A stretch of 61,141 nt of DNA, from positions 279,279 to 340,419 of the forward strand of contig NW_004798009.1 of assembly GCF_000002075.1 (NCBI RefSeq), given 5' to 3'. A program made the translations under genes and the position numbers. Every line of letters starts with the position of its first letter. The stretch's first letter is position 1. This document shows, piece after piece, positions 11,380 to 25,076 of the stretch. Source of the stretch: Aplysia californica. Its lineage: Eukaryota. The notes below the pieces were generated by a model. It saw only the letters and a list, made by a program, of their open reading frames with translations, had not been told where the DNA came from and made no database searches.

Positions 11380-11814
11380 GAGGCAGTGTGGTGGAATCAG
11401 GTTCTCGTCAATTTTTGGGCATGTAGAGTTATTGATATCATCTTAAAGTTAAAGCTTGTTCACTTGTCTTTATTCGGATGAAAAAAAATATCCATTTACC
11501 TTGAAAACAAGTCGAGATATTTACGAATGAAGGAGGTGGGGGTCATCTGTTTTCAGAGGCAAAATTAGTGAGAAAATGGCCTCCAAAGATTAGTTATTTC
11601 CATAACTTTAGAGTCCGTGGTAACTGAAAATTTACTTTTTTTGTGCCTTTAATCAACATTTTTAAGAAAAACCCACACAAATTAGTTTTTTTATGGGCAT
11701 GAAATGTGTTGAGCCGAAAAAAAAAAATTTGATAAAAATTCACAAACCTGCGGAAAAATGCAAGTTTCTTATCTTTGATTATTTTGACAAGAGCCTGATT
11801 CACCACGCTGCCTC
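11380..11814. mobile_element. MITE with about 31-bp imperfect TIRs (GAG...CTC ends; superfamily uncertain)
   Basis: GAGGCAGTGTGGTGGAATCAGGTTCTCGTCAA versus reverse complement of TTGACAAGAGCCTGATTCACCACGCTGCCTC; a similar end preceded by TTAA occurs at about 60985. Confidence 0.75.
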
Positions 11815-13808
11815 ACAAATGTTTGTCTCAGTATACTTCCATATTATCCCGACTGTAATAAAGTATCCATTCTAAATCCTTCTGGCTCAGAAAACTTCTG
11901 ATCAAAATCTTTCCAAATACCACAAAACTATAAGTATATATATAATATACCACAAAATGCCTTGTGCCATAAAATAATTAATAATATATTATTTTTATTA
12001 ATTGTCAAAAGAGCACCACAAGACAATTTTCTTGAGAATTCTTGAGAAATATTGAGATAATGTTTACATAATGCAACAAACATGTTAATACATGTACATG
12101 AATTTTTGTCATCGGCAAGCTGTTCAACTGTTGTAAGTTCAGAACCAAAAATTCAGGAAAGAGAAAATAACTGCTATAATTTCTTTTAACAACTACACTT
12201 ACATTATGCATCTTTTTCCCTCTTCTTTTTCCGCAATTAGAATTTGAATTTTGACAAAATATTTCTCAACACATATAACTGATACTTGTGACACACAGAT
12301 TGAGAAACTGCAATAATAAACTTTTTTTTTCAAAATTTGAGGCTTCGTTCAGCTGAACAGGTGGCGGATGATGTGCACAATCAGAAGAAACTAAAGATAG
12401 GATTTCAACCATCCAAAACAATGGCATTTTCTCTATAATGAATAGAGTACAAACATACCCCTTTTGCAAACAGCATTAGTAACAACATAGCCAAAAGAAC
12501 AAGTTGTATAAATGATATCACAGTCAAAATCAACAAACACGCTCGTATTTACATTTTGAGCTAGAGTAAAGAGAAGTATACCGATATGACAATGGTCATT
12601 TAGAGCAGGAAAGAAAGCATGATAAACAGACAGAAAAAACAGAAGGAAAGAAAAGAAGATGAGAATTGTCATTGGCACCCTCCAACTCCTCACTCATATT
12701 TCAGAAACATCTCCAATTTTTCAAACACAAAGAGTACATTATGCTGGATTAAGTCTACTTGTCCATTGACACTTGGAAATCAAATTCACATATCCACTGC
12801 TCTTAATGGGGAAGAGCTTAACAATTACACTGAAGATGCTGGTTTGTGCTTCTCAGTTTCATCAGTCTTCAAGCACTGACATCAATCTGCTGGGTTTTGA
12901 CCTCAATGTGAGGCCAATTTCTTTCTCTAAGTTTTAACAAGAGTATTAAAGCACCTGCAACACAAATAGGTCACATACATGCTGAAGATTAGAGGTGTTA
13001 CTAGAGAAATTCATACAAAGAAAAGAAGGAAGAGGGATAAGAATGATAGAAGTTTGATTACTTTGATAGGAAAAAAGAAGCAGACCACACCAGAGCACCA
13101 ACTGAACAGTAAAGAAAGCAAGTAAGGCGAGAGTGTACTTATCTTCTACCCCAGCCACCCAGAGGTGAAAGGCAACAAAGGGCTGACAAACTGGCTGCGA
13201 AAGTTGGGGTGGGGGTGGGGGTGGGGTGGGGATTCATTGACGCTTGATCTGCGCATTGTCCCGGCCTCTGTACTGGAGCGGTTGACAAGTTGGGGAGACG
13301 GAATGCAATTTTCACACACTTGTAAGAGAGAGGGACATGGAGGGCATGAGGGAAACAGAAAACTTCCACAACCTGTGTGGTTCTGCTCGATGGATCTCCG
13401 ACCAGATTTGAACTGGGACTGTAAGCAGATGGAATTTGAAGCATATCCTGGGAAAAGGGGGAGCAGCTATGAACATGTACCATCTGCAATGATCACAACC
13501 CCACCTTTGAAGACAAATAGTTTAACTCAGAAAAATTTGAAATCTACACAGAGATCTGATTTATTCCTAGTAATTCTTGAATGTAATCTACAGAAATTAA
13601 TTTGACTGGATGAAAAAAAATTATGAAGGTACTACAAATGGATATTTGGTGAGCTTAATGCTATCCTGAACGAACTCCATTATTCCAGTTTTGGGTAAAT
13701 CTCTCTGAAAACACAGAGTTCCACTCATGAAATCCAGGGTTAGTACAAACAAACTGAAATTCAAGAGAACATAGACATTTACAGTAATTATTTTTAGCTC
13801 TAGGGGAA

Positions 13809-14175
13809 TACTTTTTAATAGTAGAGGGTTTTACGGCGCTCGCAACTGCATAAGGTCATATGAGCGCAAAGGGGCGGGTGTCAACAGAGAAGTCTTTACA
13901 GGGAATCAGACTTAGACTGCTCACCTCTCTAGTTTCAACAGCACAAGGTCAGCTTCGACTATCGAGGTACCCCCAGAAATAGCAGGTCACAAGAGAGTGA
14001 CAAACATACAAAAGAAGTAGAGGAAAATGACAATAGTAAGGATCAGGAAAGAAAAAGCAGCAGTTCCCTGTTGTAGATCAGACACAGTTATGAGCGTGAC
14101 ATGAGTCAGCCCATTTACAATTCTACTATGCTTGAACGAGAAATGTCCCCCCTTTGGGAATGGCCTAAAGACACA
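13809..14175 (-). mobile_element. Short retroposon family A2 (about 365 bp) with 11-bp TSD
   Basis: TSD ctctaggggaa at 13798-13808 and 14176-14186; reverse complement matches 49780-50135; 3' hairpin gcgctcatatgaccttatgcagttgcgagcgc. Confidence 0.8.
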
Positions 14176-17100
14176 CTCTAGGGGAAGATTTTTTTAAAAG
14201 CTATATGAACTGAAATGTAACAGAACATAAGCATTAGCCGTAATTATTTCGAGCTCTAGGGGAAGATTTTATACTACAGCTACAATTAAAAAAAACCCCC
14301 AAAGTTGGAAAATTTGAGTTGGTATAAGATAGCACACAGTTTATGTTTGGGCAATGTCAGCTACTCACACTCACAGCCTGTGGCCAACAACAGCATGAAC
14401 ACATGGATTTCCAACAGTTTTGTCTTACTGAATAAGCTGAGTAAAGAGAAACACAGCAATCCAGTTACAGTCGTATAATGGATAGAAAAGGCAAGATAGA
14501 CAAAAGTAACAGAAGGAAAGTAAAGAAATATAGACCTACCAGGGGCACCCTCCAACTGCTTACTCAAGTCTCGGTCAAAGCTGTGACAATCATGGCAACA
14601 TAACTTCCTTGGTTAAAAAAAAAATAGTGAAAAAATATCTTCACAATACCCCTACCAAAAAAACATGGAAAACACAATGAACTATTGTGTATGAGATACT
14701 TGTTTAGAAACTGCAAGTATAAAGCAAAAATCTTGTATCAACAAAATTTGAGATTGTAAATTACGGTGATCAATGTTGTCTTGACACTGTTACTTTCATT
14801 TTAACACCATCACATCTCTCTTCAGGATCAGAATTCACTTTTGTTCAGATTCTCAATGATTATTTTCTTAGCAAGAACAGTGTTCGTTCCCCCAAAAATT
14901 TCCCATTATTCTTTTCCTTAAATAATATTTTGGTCAATGTGACATGCTTGCATATATAGGCCTACTAACCATGAAAAGTGGGGCTTAAAGTATGCACTAT
15001 TGTCTACAAACCAGCTCTGAGTGCTGAAAGGAGTACATCGGCATTCCTACAACCTCTTGTCCACCTACCCCAACATCATCCTCTAAAAATTTTTAACAGG
15101 TGACACAGCTATACCTGGCTAAATCGCAACAGATTGGAACATTGATAACCCTTGAAGAAATACCCCTTACCATTAGAAAGAAGATACTTCTGCTACGCAT
15201 TTCAAACAAGTAAAAAAAAAAGAACTCAATCAATGGGACCATACTACTCCAAACTTCTTTCTCTCATTCTTCCCCACTTTCACCCATCATTTTTTTCACT
15301 CTCTTTCTCCCATCCTTTCTCCTCTTTCTCTTCCCCCGATCTTATTCCATTCTGTCACCCTGTATCACAGCAACAACCTTCAGTCTGTTACGGTCAACAT
15401 AAAGCAAAGAACATAAAGCTCATAAACTATTCATGTCAACAGAAATATTTACATAACACAGTAGGAGCAAAAGTATATGCTTCATGAGATGAAAGACGAA
15501 ATTTCAAGAGGTTGTCCACAAACAGGGCCATCCCATAATACATGAGTCACCATACTGACATTACTTTTGAAAACATCCCAAAGGGTTTGTGCATACCTAT
15601 AGATTCATTCAAAGTAAGTTACTGGTTAGAATGTAGAGTAAGTCATTTAAAAGTTCTCTCTGGCAACCCTCCCCCCCAAACCTCCACAAAAACAAACAAC
15701 AAAAAACGAAAAACAATGTCTCTATTACTGCTTAGAATATAATTAACAGGTCATCATGTTTGCTTTAAATGTGTCGCTGCAAATCGCTTTTAATAGAATG
15801 GCCCTAACACAGAACAGATAGGGCCTTCCAAAATATTGAAATAAAAAAGGTATAACGACATTTCTGACATTGGAAAGTTATGAAAGAGGTGGAACCTCCC
15901 AATTTAGCTGTCATTGCTGAGAGGACCGAGCCAAGTGGCTGGAGAACCTAGAAAACTACCTTCTCCGGAAGAAAAAGAAGATGACCAAGAAAATGATGAC
16001 TAGACAGCTCGAGAGAAGCCTCGTATGAACACATGGCCTCAGAATCTATATAACATGACTCAAGCAAGCCACTGCTAGAACCTGCATCTTCTTTCAACAC
16101 GTTGTACTAGCACTCTCCCCTCCACAGTTCTACTTTCAACACAGGAATCTTCATAGCCATTTATTCTACACATAATATACTGGCCTACGTATTAGTCAGC
16201 TTAGTTTGAGTAAAGCAAAGTACATTGACATGATGATGACATGTGAATACAAACAGACACAACCAACACCTGCTGACATAATATCATTATCTGAAAATCT
16301 CAAAAGTAATGTAACAGACTGATGGATGGATCAATCCTTGTACTAACAGTGGACAGAAAACAAAAACAAAGGATATTTTTTAATTGTAAAGGTTTTCCAT
16401 TCTAATTGACACAATTCAGATAATTCTGGAGGTGGACCCTTCTAACAACTTGCATGTCAGGGTCAGCTGAGTGAAATACAGTGTCCCATAAGACAGACGA
16501 AGGCACTCAATAAAATAATTTCACCAAGTCACATTCAAAATCATATCTTCTGTGGGCTATGCAAAGAGACTGACCACTGCACCGTTGATGCTGGTAAAGA
16601 GAGAGGAAACATTTTAATCCACAAATCAGTCTAAAACAATATTCCTCAATCTCTTCTTTATTTGTTTGTTTTGTTGTTACTTTGGTTTTTATATCAGGTA
16701 AAGAAGAAAAACAGATAATGACACAAAGGTGAAGTCTTGTTGCCATACAGAAATACGTGTCATGCACCTCAGCCCAGTATCACAACAATATAGTTTTTAT
16801 CGTTAAAAAATTAACAGATTTCTTGAAGATTTGACAAAGAATTCATAATCACATCAGCTCAGACTCCAGCTGAAATAGACGAACTCACAAAGTTTGTAAC
16901 ATTTTCCTGAAGAAACTTTACATTGTCCCCGTCGAAACAAAAATGAACATTTAACTAAATATTTCTATGGAAAAGTACAACCCCTCATGTTTTCAGATAT
17001 CTTGACATTCACAACCCGCTGTTTCCTGTTCCTGTAAGACATAGCTTCCACCCCACTGAACCCCAGAAGTTGTATCCTAGGTTCAAACCTGGGGGGAGGG

Positions 17101-18518
17101 GGGGGGAGGGGGGGAAGGTGAGGGAAGCTGCTATACCTTACTGTTACTCAGCCTGTAAAGCAGGGTTCAAAAGAATCATTCCTTTTCTTGTAAAAATGAG
17201 GATATAGATATAATATAGATACATATAATATATCATAGCTCAAGACAAAACACAAGGGATGACGAGAGACGAAATATATTGCACTTGAAATGGTCTATGC
17301 GTGTAGTTTTATTTCTCAGACAAAAAGTAAATGACAGTCATCTGTCTGCAGTGCCGTCGTCAGGAGGTAGGAATTCCACACAACACCACCAGAGTCTGCG
17401 ATCTTATGAGACGATAACAAGTACTAATTTCTATCCTTCAGACTTACAACATAAACATATAAGATACAACCGTTGAATTTTGATACCCATCGCCCTGTGT
17501 AGTTGGAAGACAACTAGCTATTCCATATCGTGCAATTATGTACAAAGAAAATTCAGCAATTATTCAGTGAGATTTCCTTTTACAAAGAGTAATGAACAAT
17601 GAACATGCATGTGTGCATGTTTAGAGAAATAACCCAAAAGTCGACAGTGTTGGTTTTGAGTCAGGGGCCGAAAGACCAAACAGGTCATCTGAGACCAAAA
17701 AAGTAATTCCTTATAAAAACATTGGCATAACCTTTTCTACAGCACATACTAAAAAGCTGTCGCTTTATTTGACTGCTTTATATTCCAAAACTAATTATCT
17801 TAACAACAAAGGGGAACAAAATATAAAACTTTGAGGTCATTAAAAAAATTAGTTTTTGCTCCCTCTCTCACAAACTGCGCTGTGTCTTGAAACTACTTGA
17901 GCTTTCTAAAGAAATTTTAAAGCAGTGGACTCAGCATTGCATTGACTATTAAAAACTGCCCTTTTCTCAAAATCCTCCAATTTCCAACTTTCGGAGCATT
18001 TCTTCAAGCACACATATTTATATATGTTGAAAGACAATGAGTGATCAATTTCATAAAACTGAAGAAAATTCAACTAGGAATTCGGATTTTAGCTTGATTG
18101 ACTTCTCACACATTCTGAATATTTGTGCCAGAGATCTCTATTAATTATTTATTTCTTTGAATTGATGCTCCCTCTGCCTCCAACCAAATAACTGTATGAA
18201 TACATTTTATAGACGATTTAATTATCAGACTTAAAAGAAAAGAAGGGACTAAATCAAGAATAACTTCATGTCACTGAGCATAAAGCAAAGACATCAAGAG
18301 GTAATGAGATAGAGGTGGAGAGGGGTGGGGGGGGGTGCATTTGTGTGCATGTGTGTGAGATCTATTGAAAGATAAAATATTCCTTCACCTTTCCAAAAGT
18401 ATATATCATGGGTACTTTTGAAATGCCCCAAAATATGGAAGTTAAAGGTTAAATAAATAAATAGAATTGGTAATTCATACAACATCACAAAACAATTCAC
18501 ACAAGAAAAAAGCCATCA

Positions 18519-19022
18519 TCAAGAACCACCATCCTCTTCGGAGCTGCTATTTACACTGTCTCCATCTTCGTATAATTCATTATCGACGTATATAACTCTG
18601 TCTTTGGATCCAGAAGCACGAGTTCTATGTGAAGATGGTAATGTCAGCTCGTAATCCTCCATCGTGACGAACAAATAACCATCTAGAGTTCTCTCCGCAC
18701 ATTTTGCGATGAACCTGATGAAAGGTCTGATATCTCCCTTGTTCCCCTGTTCCAACGTCTCATAATAAGTCAGTCGGTCATTGACCTCAATGGAGACTGG
18801 TGGGAATCCAGCTTGCATCAGGATCAAGTTCATGAGCAGACGTGACGTACGTCCATTGCCATCGTAAAACGGATGGATGGTGACCAGTCGGTAGTGTGCC
18901 AGGGCTGCAAACTCGATGGGGTGGAGGTTCGAGGCTTCCTCTGAGTTGAGCCACTCCACCAGTTGATCCATCAGATCTTTGAGCTCTCCAGCGGCAGGGG
19001 GGATGAAGTCGCCGACATACAC
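18519..19022 (-). CDS. FICD: FICD/HYPE protein adenylyltransferase, coding exon 5 (Fic catalytic motif)
   Basis: VYVGDFIPP...HPIEFAALAHYRLVTIHPFYDGNGRTSRLLMNLILMQAGFPP; canonical HPFxDGNGRxxR; tttcccAG acceptor; TGA at 18521-18519. Confidence 0.97.
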   Translation of the reverse strand: MYVGDFIPPAAGELKDLMDQLVEWLNSEEASNLHPIEFAALAHYRLVTIHPFYDGNGRTSRLLMNLILMQAGFPPVSIEVNDRLTYYETLEQGNKGDIRPFIRFIAKCAERTLDGYLFVTMEDYELTLPSSHRTRASGSKDRVIYVDNELYEDGDSVNSSSEEDGGS

Positions 19023-20095
19023 CTGGGAAAAGAAGTGTAAGACAAAGATTAAAAATGAAAAAATTGAGTGCCTTGCATGCATATTATATTATAGATATAT
19101 ACTTTCATCTAAAGAACCCATTTGCATACACTAGTTCATAAAATTTGGTTTACAGAAGCTGGAAACTTGCAGTCGTATCCTTTACACTTTACACAGAGAG
19201 CATAGGCATTGTAGTGACTGAGGTTCTACAAGAGCTTGTTCTTTTACGTGAACCAATGCTCGATCACAGGGTGGTAATGTTACGCACAGTAGTCAAGACA
19301 CCACTCCCCCCCACCCCCCAAACTGGAAAACTCTTAAAGGGAGGCGGCTCTTTGCAAAAAGGTGTGAACTGAAGAGCTCCTGTACTCCGTGTAGTGTATC
19401 TTTTGGTTTGAGTTGGTGTTGTGAGAAGATTACGAAGAGAGGAGGGATGCACGGAAGCTGAAATCATAGGTTAGTGTTGGTATTCACAGTTTTGATGGTC
19501 AAACAAACATTTTGTGAGACAATTTATGGCAACAATGGTAGCTGTTAGAGGAAAAGTAGCTGTTAAACGCAGCTTTTATATAGGAACATTCTGTTACACA
19601 AGCTTAGGTTGCTCTGGTCTGGGTTGCTGTGAAGTGGACAGGCGCTTTGAAAGCCAGTCATCACAGTGTCTGTTGCAGACGGAAAAACAATTTAAGGGTC
19701 TGAACTTTTAACAGCAGAAATAAATGTTTAAAAGATTTAAAGAGAAAGCACATTTATCAGGTCCTATATTAGAACATATAACCAAAAAAGGACTAGTAAA
19801 TTAGTAGCAATATCATGAACCAGATATATGTAGATCTCGTCCATCATGGTGTCACTCTGCTAGATATTTCATTCAGAAACCACACAAGAATTTTCTAAAT
19901 TAAAAACAAACAAATCAGTGGTAAGCAAGGACACAAAGGTCTTTAGTTTAGGAATCAATTAATACAATAAACCTTTGAATAAAACGGATTTGTCAGGGCT
20001 GACTTTTAATTTAGTTGAGAAGTTTAAGGTTTCAATGAGTCCCATGTAGGTGGATCTCTCATTCCTAAAGCGCAACATATAGCTCTGAAGACTAC

Positions 20096-20207
20096 CTGGT
20101 TGGCACGGAATCTTCCAGCCTCTGTGGGATCCACAAATCCGAGGACACGGATATGAATGTCCAGTATGTCCTGAAGCGTGAGTCGACCAATGCGGCCAAC
20201 AAGAGTG
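20096..20207 (-). CDS. FICD: FICD coding exon 4 ([38 protein letters not shown])
   Basis: tttcAG acceptor, GTagt donor, 112 nt phase 2->0; matches FICD-type IHxRVLGxVDPxEAGRFR. Confidence 0.95.
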
Positions 20208-20673
20208 CTGAAACAAGAAAGGAGAATAGACACCATAATTACAAGTCATACACAGTATCTGTCATCATTATCCAGAATAACATTAAGGAACCATAGATCA
20301 ATTACAAATTGAAAAATTATGGAAAAAAAATGGGTCATTTTTCAATATCTTATTCACAGTGGTCTAAGCTGATTTATAGTACAGTCGGGCACAGATAACG
20401 TGAACTTGCAAAACTTAAAATCATAGATTGCTCGTACAATATGCCATTGCCTGACAGAGCCACTATATCTTCTTTACATTAGCAACACCGTTTTCTCAAC
20501 AGTAGATTCGTTGAACATTTCATCTTTAAAAAAAAAACCTCCATCATCAAATCTTTCCTCTAGATTGTCTTGAAAGCCAATCGCCCTGCAGCACGATGGA
20601 AAACAAAATATTCATCATCATTGAGAGTATCAGGTTACATGAGGCCATCAGGTTCGCCCCTACACAGCATGAT

Positions 20674-20716
<43 letters not shown>

Positions 20717-21961
20717 GCTGGCACTGAGACACATCATAGGACATTACCTGTAGTGTGTGTAAGGCACTAGAACTTACTGGAATCTAGCCATGTGAGAGTG
20801 GGTGCTGGGTGGTGGAATGTAATTGAAGACCAGACAGTATCATACCGCATTGGACTGTACTGTGTGTGAATCATATTGGTCTTAGTATGCATTTGTGTGT
20901 ATGCGTGTGATTGGTTGTTTGAAAGTGATGTTATAGATCTGGAAGTGATTACACAGAATACGTAAGAGGGATGAGTGTCCAGCTCTGACTAGTGTAGGTT
21001 ACATTTTCAAGATCATGACATTACAAAACAGCAATTTAAATTTTTAGTTGAAAGCTCATCAGCAACAATATTCTTTTCTCTTGCTTTGACACAGTGCAAG
21101 CGCATGCACTATCTATCCTTTTACTGATACCGGGTACTTTTTGTGATGGCAGAGAAATGAAACCTTAATGAAAAATTGTTTGACAATAGAAACCTAACAA
21201 CAGATTTTCACAGAAGGTGACAAGACGTCATGTTCTACAGTGTTATAAGGGCTTTGGTATCCCCCAAAAAGCTTTCCACATAAAAAAAAAAAATCCAGAT
21301 AAAATAAAAAAAGCCAGCATTCGATATCAACCATACAGAAAATGAGCCTGTTTTGCCAAATCTGAAAACATATCATGCTGACTGATATTGTTTCAATGAT
21401 TCCAGCAAGCACGTGCCATGTCCTTTCCTATCTCTGGTTCCATCCTAACGACAAAAGCAGATGACATCGCAAAGGAATATTGCCGTGACTTCATATGCAA
21501 CAGATGGTTAAACAGGATCAAAAAGAGACATGGACACAGTATAACTCAAAATCCTATGAGCAGAGAATCTGCAACAATAAAATCGTGAAAGTAATTTGCT
21601 CTCCAACCACAGTACAGTCACAATTACTTCCCTTTATTTTCACCAATATCGCTCTTAGTTTACCCGAATTATACATGTATTAAACACATTTGTCAATCTA
21701 CAACATGTTAGAGTTTTCTGTGGGCGATGGGGTATTTGCTTTTGACAAGCATTAAATATGCTATTTGAGTTTGTAAAAGAACCCAGAAAGATAACAAAGC
21801 TGGATTACTCCTCATATGCGTGTCTGTGGTATAATCGCTAGGCAGTGCCGATGCATGCAAAAGACACCAGTTCCATTTCTTTGGATGGGAATTACTTTAC
21901 CCAGTACCTTCATCTGTCTGCTGGAATGCTTCATTGCACTCAGCCCAGGTTGGCCTTGATA

Positions 21962-22724
21962 AGGCCCCCAAGTCCACTGGAATTTTTTGGTGGGAGCAGG
22001 CCAGGCTCATAGGCAAATGAGCTCGTTTTCGTCCATCACTGACTTCTTTTGCCTGACTACGCGATTTTCCAGCATGCTCGTTTTTTCGTCAGTCGTACAG
22101 GTGACTAAGAAAGCCTCGATTCGACACATTTTGGAAGGAAATTTGCATCTTTAAGCACATTTTTGCTTCTTCATTGCACTTTACAGTATCAACATAGTTG
22201 TATCTCATTATTATATGTTGTACAATAGTAGATTTGTGCTGAAAAACAGCAAAAAAATGGAAATAAATCACGTGATCTAGATTACTTCGTTCTTGAGAGC
22301 TAAAAATAGGCTAGATCTAACCTTCGCGCAATACCTCGGTCACCTGGCTCGTATGAGCTCAAATGTATGCCAGGGATAGACTCAAGCCTCTGCGTAGTTT
22401 TTTTTAAAAAGGCAGTCTCGTCTAGACCTATACAAATGTCTCTATAGATTTACACACCAGAAACAAAGCTGAAAATGTAAATAAATAAATTGCCTGTGCC
22501 TGTGCAGTCTGTTGTTCTCATAATCATAACACATTGGGTCAAAAATAGGTTAGGCCTAGCTGGTCTGATGCGGTGGACGTGGATGGTCTTGAGTCGGTTC
22601 AACACCATGCAAAATGTCGTACATAGGCCGCTCTGGAAATTTTCTTTATTTTGAAGGACGCGTACACTAAGCTGAGTCAAAGCAGCAAGACTCCATTATG
22701 ACCTAAAATTTGTCACTGGGGGCG
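21962..22724. mobile_element. Possible PIF/Harbinger-like MITE
   Basis: Imperfect inverted ends (ggcccccaagtccactggaatttt vs aaaatttgtcactgggggcg) and CpG-rich interior unlike the flanking intron. Confidence 0.4.
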
Positions 22725-22854
22725 TATAAGATTTACAATCATCTATTCATTGCGACCATCTTTATGTAAAAACTTTGAAGTACTTTTTAGACAATCAACA
22801 AAAAGATTCAATTAACTGAGATAAATTCCAAAGAGTCAGCTATCTTTCACTGAC

Positions 22855-23131
22855 CTGTTTATGAAACTCAGAGCAGAGTCCAAACCAAGAACTTCATTTT
22901 GTTCTCGCAAACTTTTTCCCCCAACCGCAATTCGTGTCTCCACAATAGACCTCGTCTGAGCGAGAGTGAGGGTATTTCCCTCGATGGCGTTGGTGTGATA
23001 AATATGGGCAAAGTAAGCTTCCTTTTTTGCCCGCCTTAGACCTGGATGATGGTGTGGTATGGTGTACAGCAGTGAGCGTTTCTGGTCGATGCGACTGAAG
23101 AGGGCTTGATCAATTTCTTCCACAATAGGAC
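22855..23131 (-). CDS. FICD: FICD coding exon 3 (linker and inhibitory helix HTNAIEGNTLTL)
   Basis: PIVEEIDQ...YHTNAIEGNTLTLAQTRSIVETRIAVGGKSLREQNEVLG; (S/T)xxxE(G/N) motif; 277 nt phase 1->2 with AG/GT. Confidence 0.96.
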
Positions 23132-23539
23132 CTGACATAAAAATAGAACGTGAAGTATAAGAACCTAAGAGACATTCACATTCATTAAATAATATTTCCA
23201 ACATTTCAAACTAAAGAGGCACAGGTCTTGCATTACATGCAAGGAACAAGAAAAATACAAGTAGATATTTATGAAAAGATTGCAAGACTAAATTAGGGTT
23301 AACCAAAGGTGCACAATCATATATAAAGTGGAAACTAACAGATTTAAAAACAATAAATATGAAATCTTTTACACGATAAGATGAAGATAAAGAAAATAAA
23401 TCATGGAAAATTATGTGATAAGGCACTTAAGACAGTATAACAGTCTTTCAGATTATAATAATGCACCAAAGGCAGTAAACTCATTGGAGAGCAGGTACAT
23501 CTTTTCACGTAACAAGATCAAAGTGATGTGTTATGTTTT

Positions 23540-23690
23540 AGGTAGCAATTTGTATAGCGCAAATTCCCACAAACAGCAGCAAGCTCTACGCGCTTTTCAT
23601 TATCATTTACATTATTATCCCAGCAGATCTGACACCATTCTGAAACAATCTCAATTTCCAGGGAATCATGGTATAGCACAGTGTTGACAG
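23540..23690 (-). mobile_element. 3' part of SINE family C
   Basis: Reverse complement matches 38450-38585 (gaagttgagattgtttcagaatg...cagatctgctgg...gcgctatacaaat). Confidence 0.6.
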
Positions 23691-24684
23691 ATATAATATG
23701 AAATGGTATGAAAAAAACACTGATAGCTCTGCACATACCAAAAGAATGCGGAAAAACTCAGCTCAATTTCATTCAGACATGTTACTTTCCATTAGGCACT
23801 TTTGTAGAAGTTTCAATAATAAATGTTATTCTTAATTTGAGACAACAATGTTGATTTGTTTAATCTCTCCAGGCCACTCTAGGCACTAAGGGATACACAG
23901 TGTTGTAACTGAAGTCACAAATTAGAGACCAAAAAAAAAAAAAGACTTAAACAGTCAAAGGACACTACAGTGGCCATTACAGAAATCTAAGACTTGTATT
24001 CCATTGGGTAACACGACAAAGACAAACTCTATAGTCCTCCTTGAGTACAACGTACAAAAGCAATGAATACTGTTTCTTCTACATTTACATAAACTTTTCT
24101 TTTCTCTCACTCTCCTTCTTCTGGAGACTTACTGGAATTTATTCTTGCAACACCAGTACAATAAACCACATGTTTAGACAAGCAACACACGCAGCCAAAT
24201 TGCACATACTAGTTAAAATATAAGATAAACAAAAATCCATCTTTACATTACAGGATATGCATACCCCTATCCTTATCAGGAAATCATCCAGTGAAAAAAG
24301 TTTCTACATCTTGCTTGGAAATGTTTTACATCTCCCAGTGAAGAACCTACATCATTACATCACAGGTACTGAAATTTCAGTATCTGTTCAGTTTAAAAAA
24401 AAAAAAAAATAGTACACCATTCACCTTCATTATAAAAATTAAAATAGACTTATTTAATTATTTACCTCTGTCCTCTCTTACTTTGTAGTACCCATCTACA
24501 CTCCAGACAGTGAGTAGATGGGACATAAATAAATTATGCAGAATCTATTTATTTACCTGTCCTATCCCTATTCTATTCTGAATCTGTCCAATCTTGATAC
24601 CCAATCTTGATACATGCAGAGAGTAAATATTTCGTCTTCATCCTTAAAATAGCTACCTCTATTAAGGGCTATTTAGTTATTTAC

Positions 24685-24936
24685 CTGTCCTCTCTCTATT
24701 TTGTAAAGCCCTCCCATGTTCTGGGCAGTTTTCCAGCGCTACGTGGTACATGTGATCAGCCTTGACAATGTCTTTCACATGCCACTCTAAAAATTCTCCA
24801 AAAGCTGTCAAAATGTCTGAATGAGAAGGGTCAAGGGCAACTGCATGCTGGAAAATCTTCATGGCTTTCTCAGTTTTACCCTGGTTCTGAAGATCTAGGG
24901 CAATGTTCATTGCAGCTACAGCTTCTCTTTTCACAT
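24685..24936 (-). CDS. FICD: FICD coding exon 2 (TPR region)
   Basis: EAVAAMNIALDLQNQGKTEKAMKIFQHAVALDPSHSDILTAFGEFLE...ADHMYHVALENCPEHGRALQNRERT; 252 nt phase 1->1 with AG/GT. Confidence 0.95.
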
Positions 24937-25076
24937 CTGAAACAAGAGGGCAAATTGAAAATATCATTGATGTGCAGACAAATAAAGAATTTTGGAGAAA
25001 AGATAAGGGGGGTATTGAATCATGAGTCAAAGTGAATATTCAAGTTCTAGAAATGAAGTCTATTTAAGTTCTTTAA

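Noticed and set aside
16890-16945. Hammerhead-like CTGAAGA...CGAAAC
   Set aside because: Stems I and II cannot be formed convincingly.
18519-19082. Bacterial Fic toxin or horizontal transfer
   Set aside because: The Fic domain belongs to a spliced TM-TPR-Fic gene typical of metazoan FICD.
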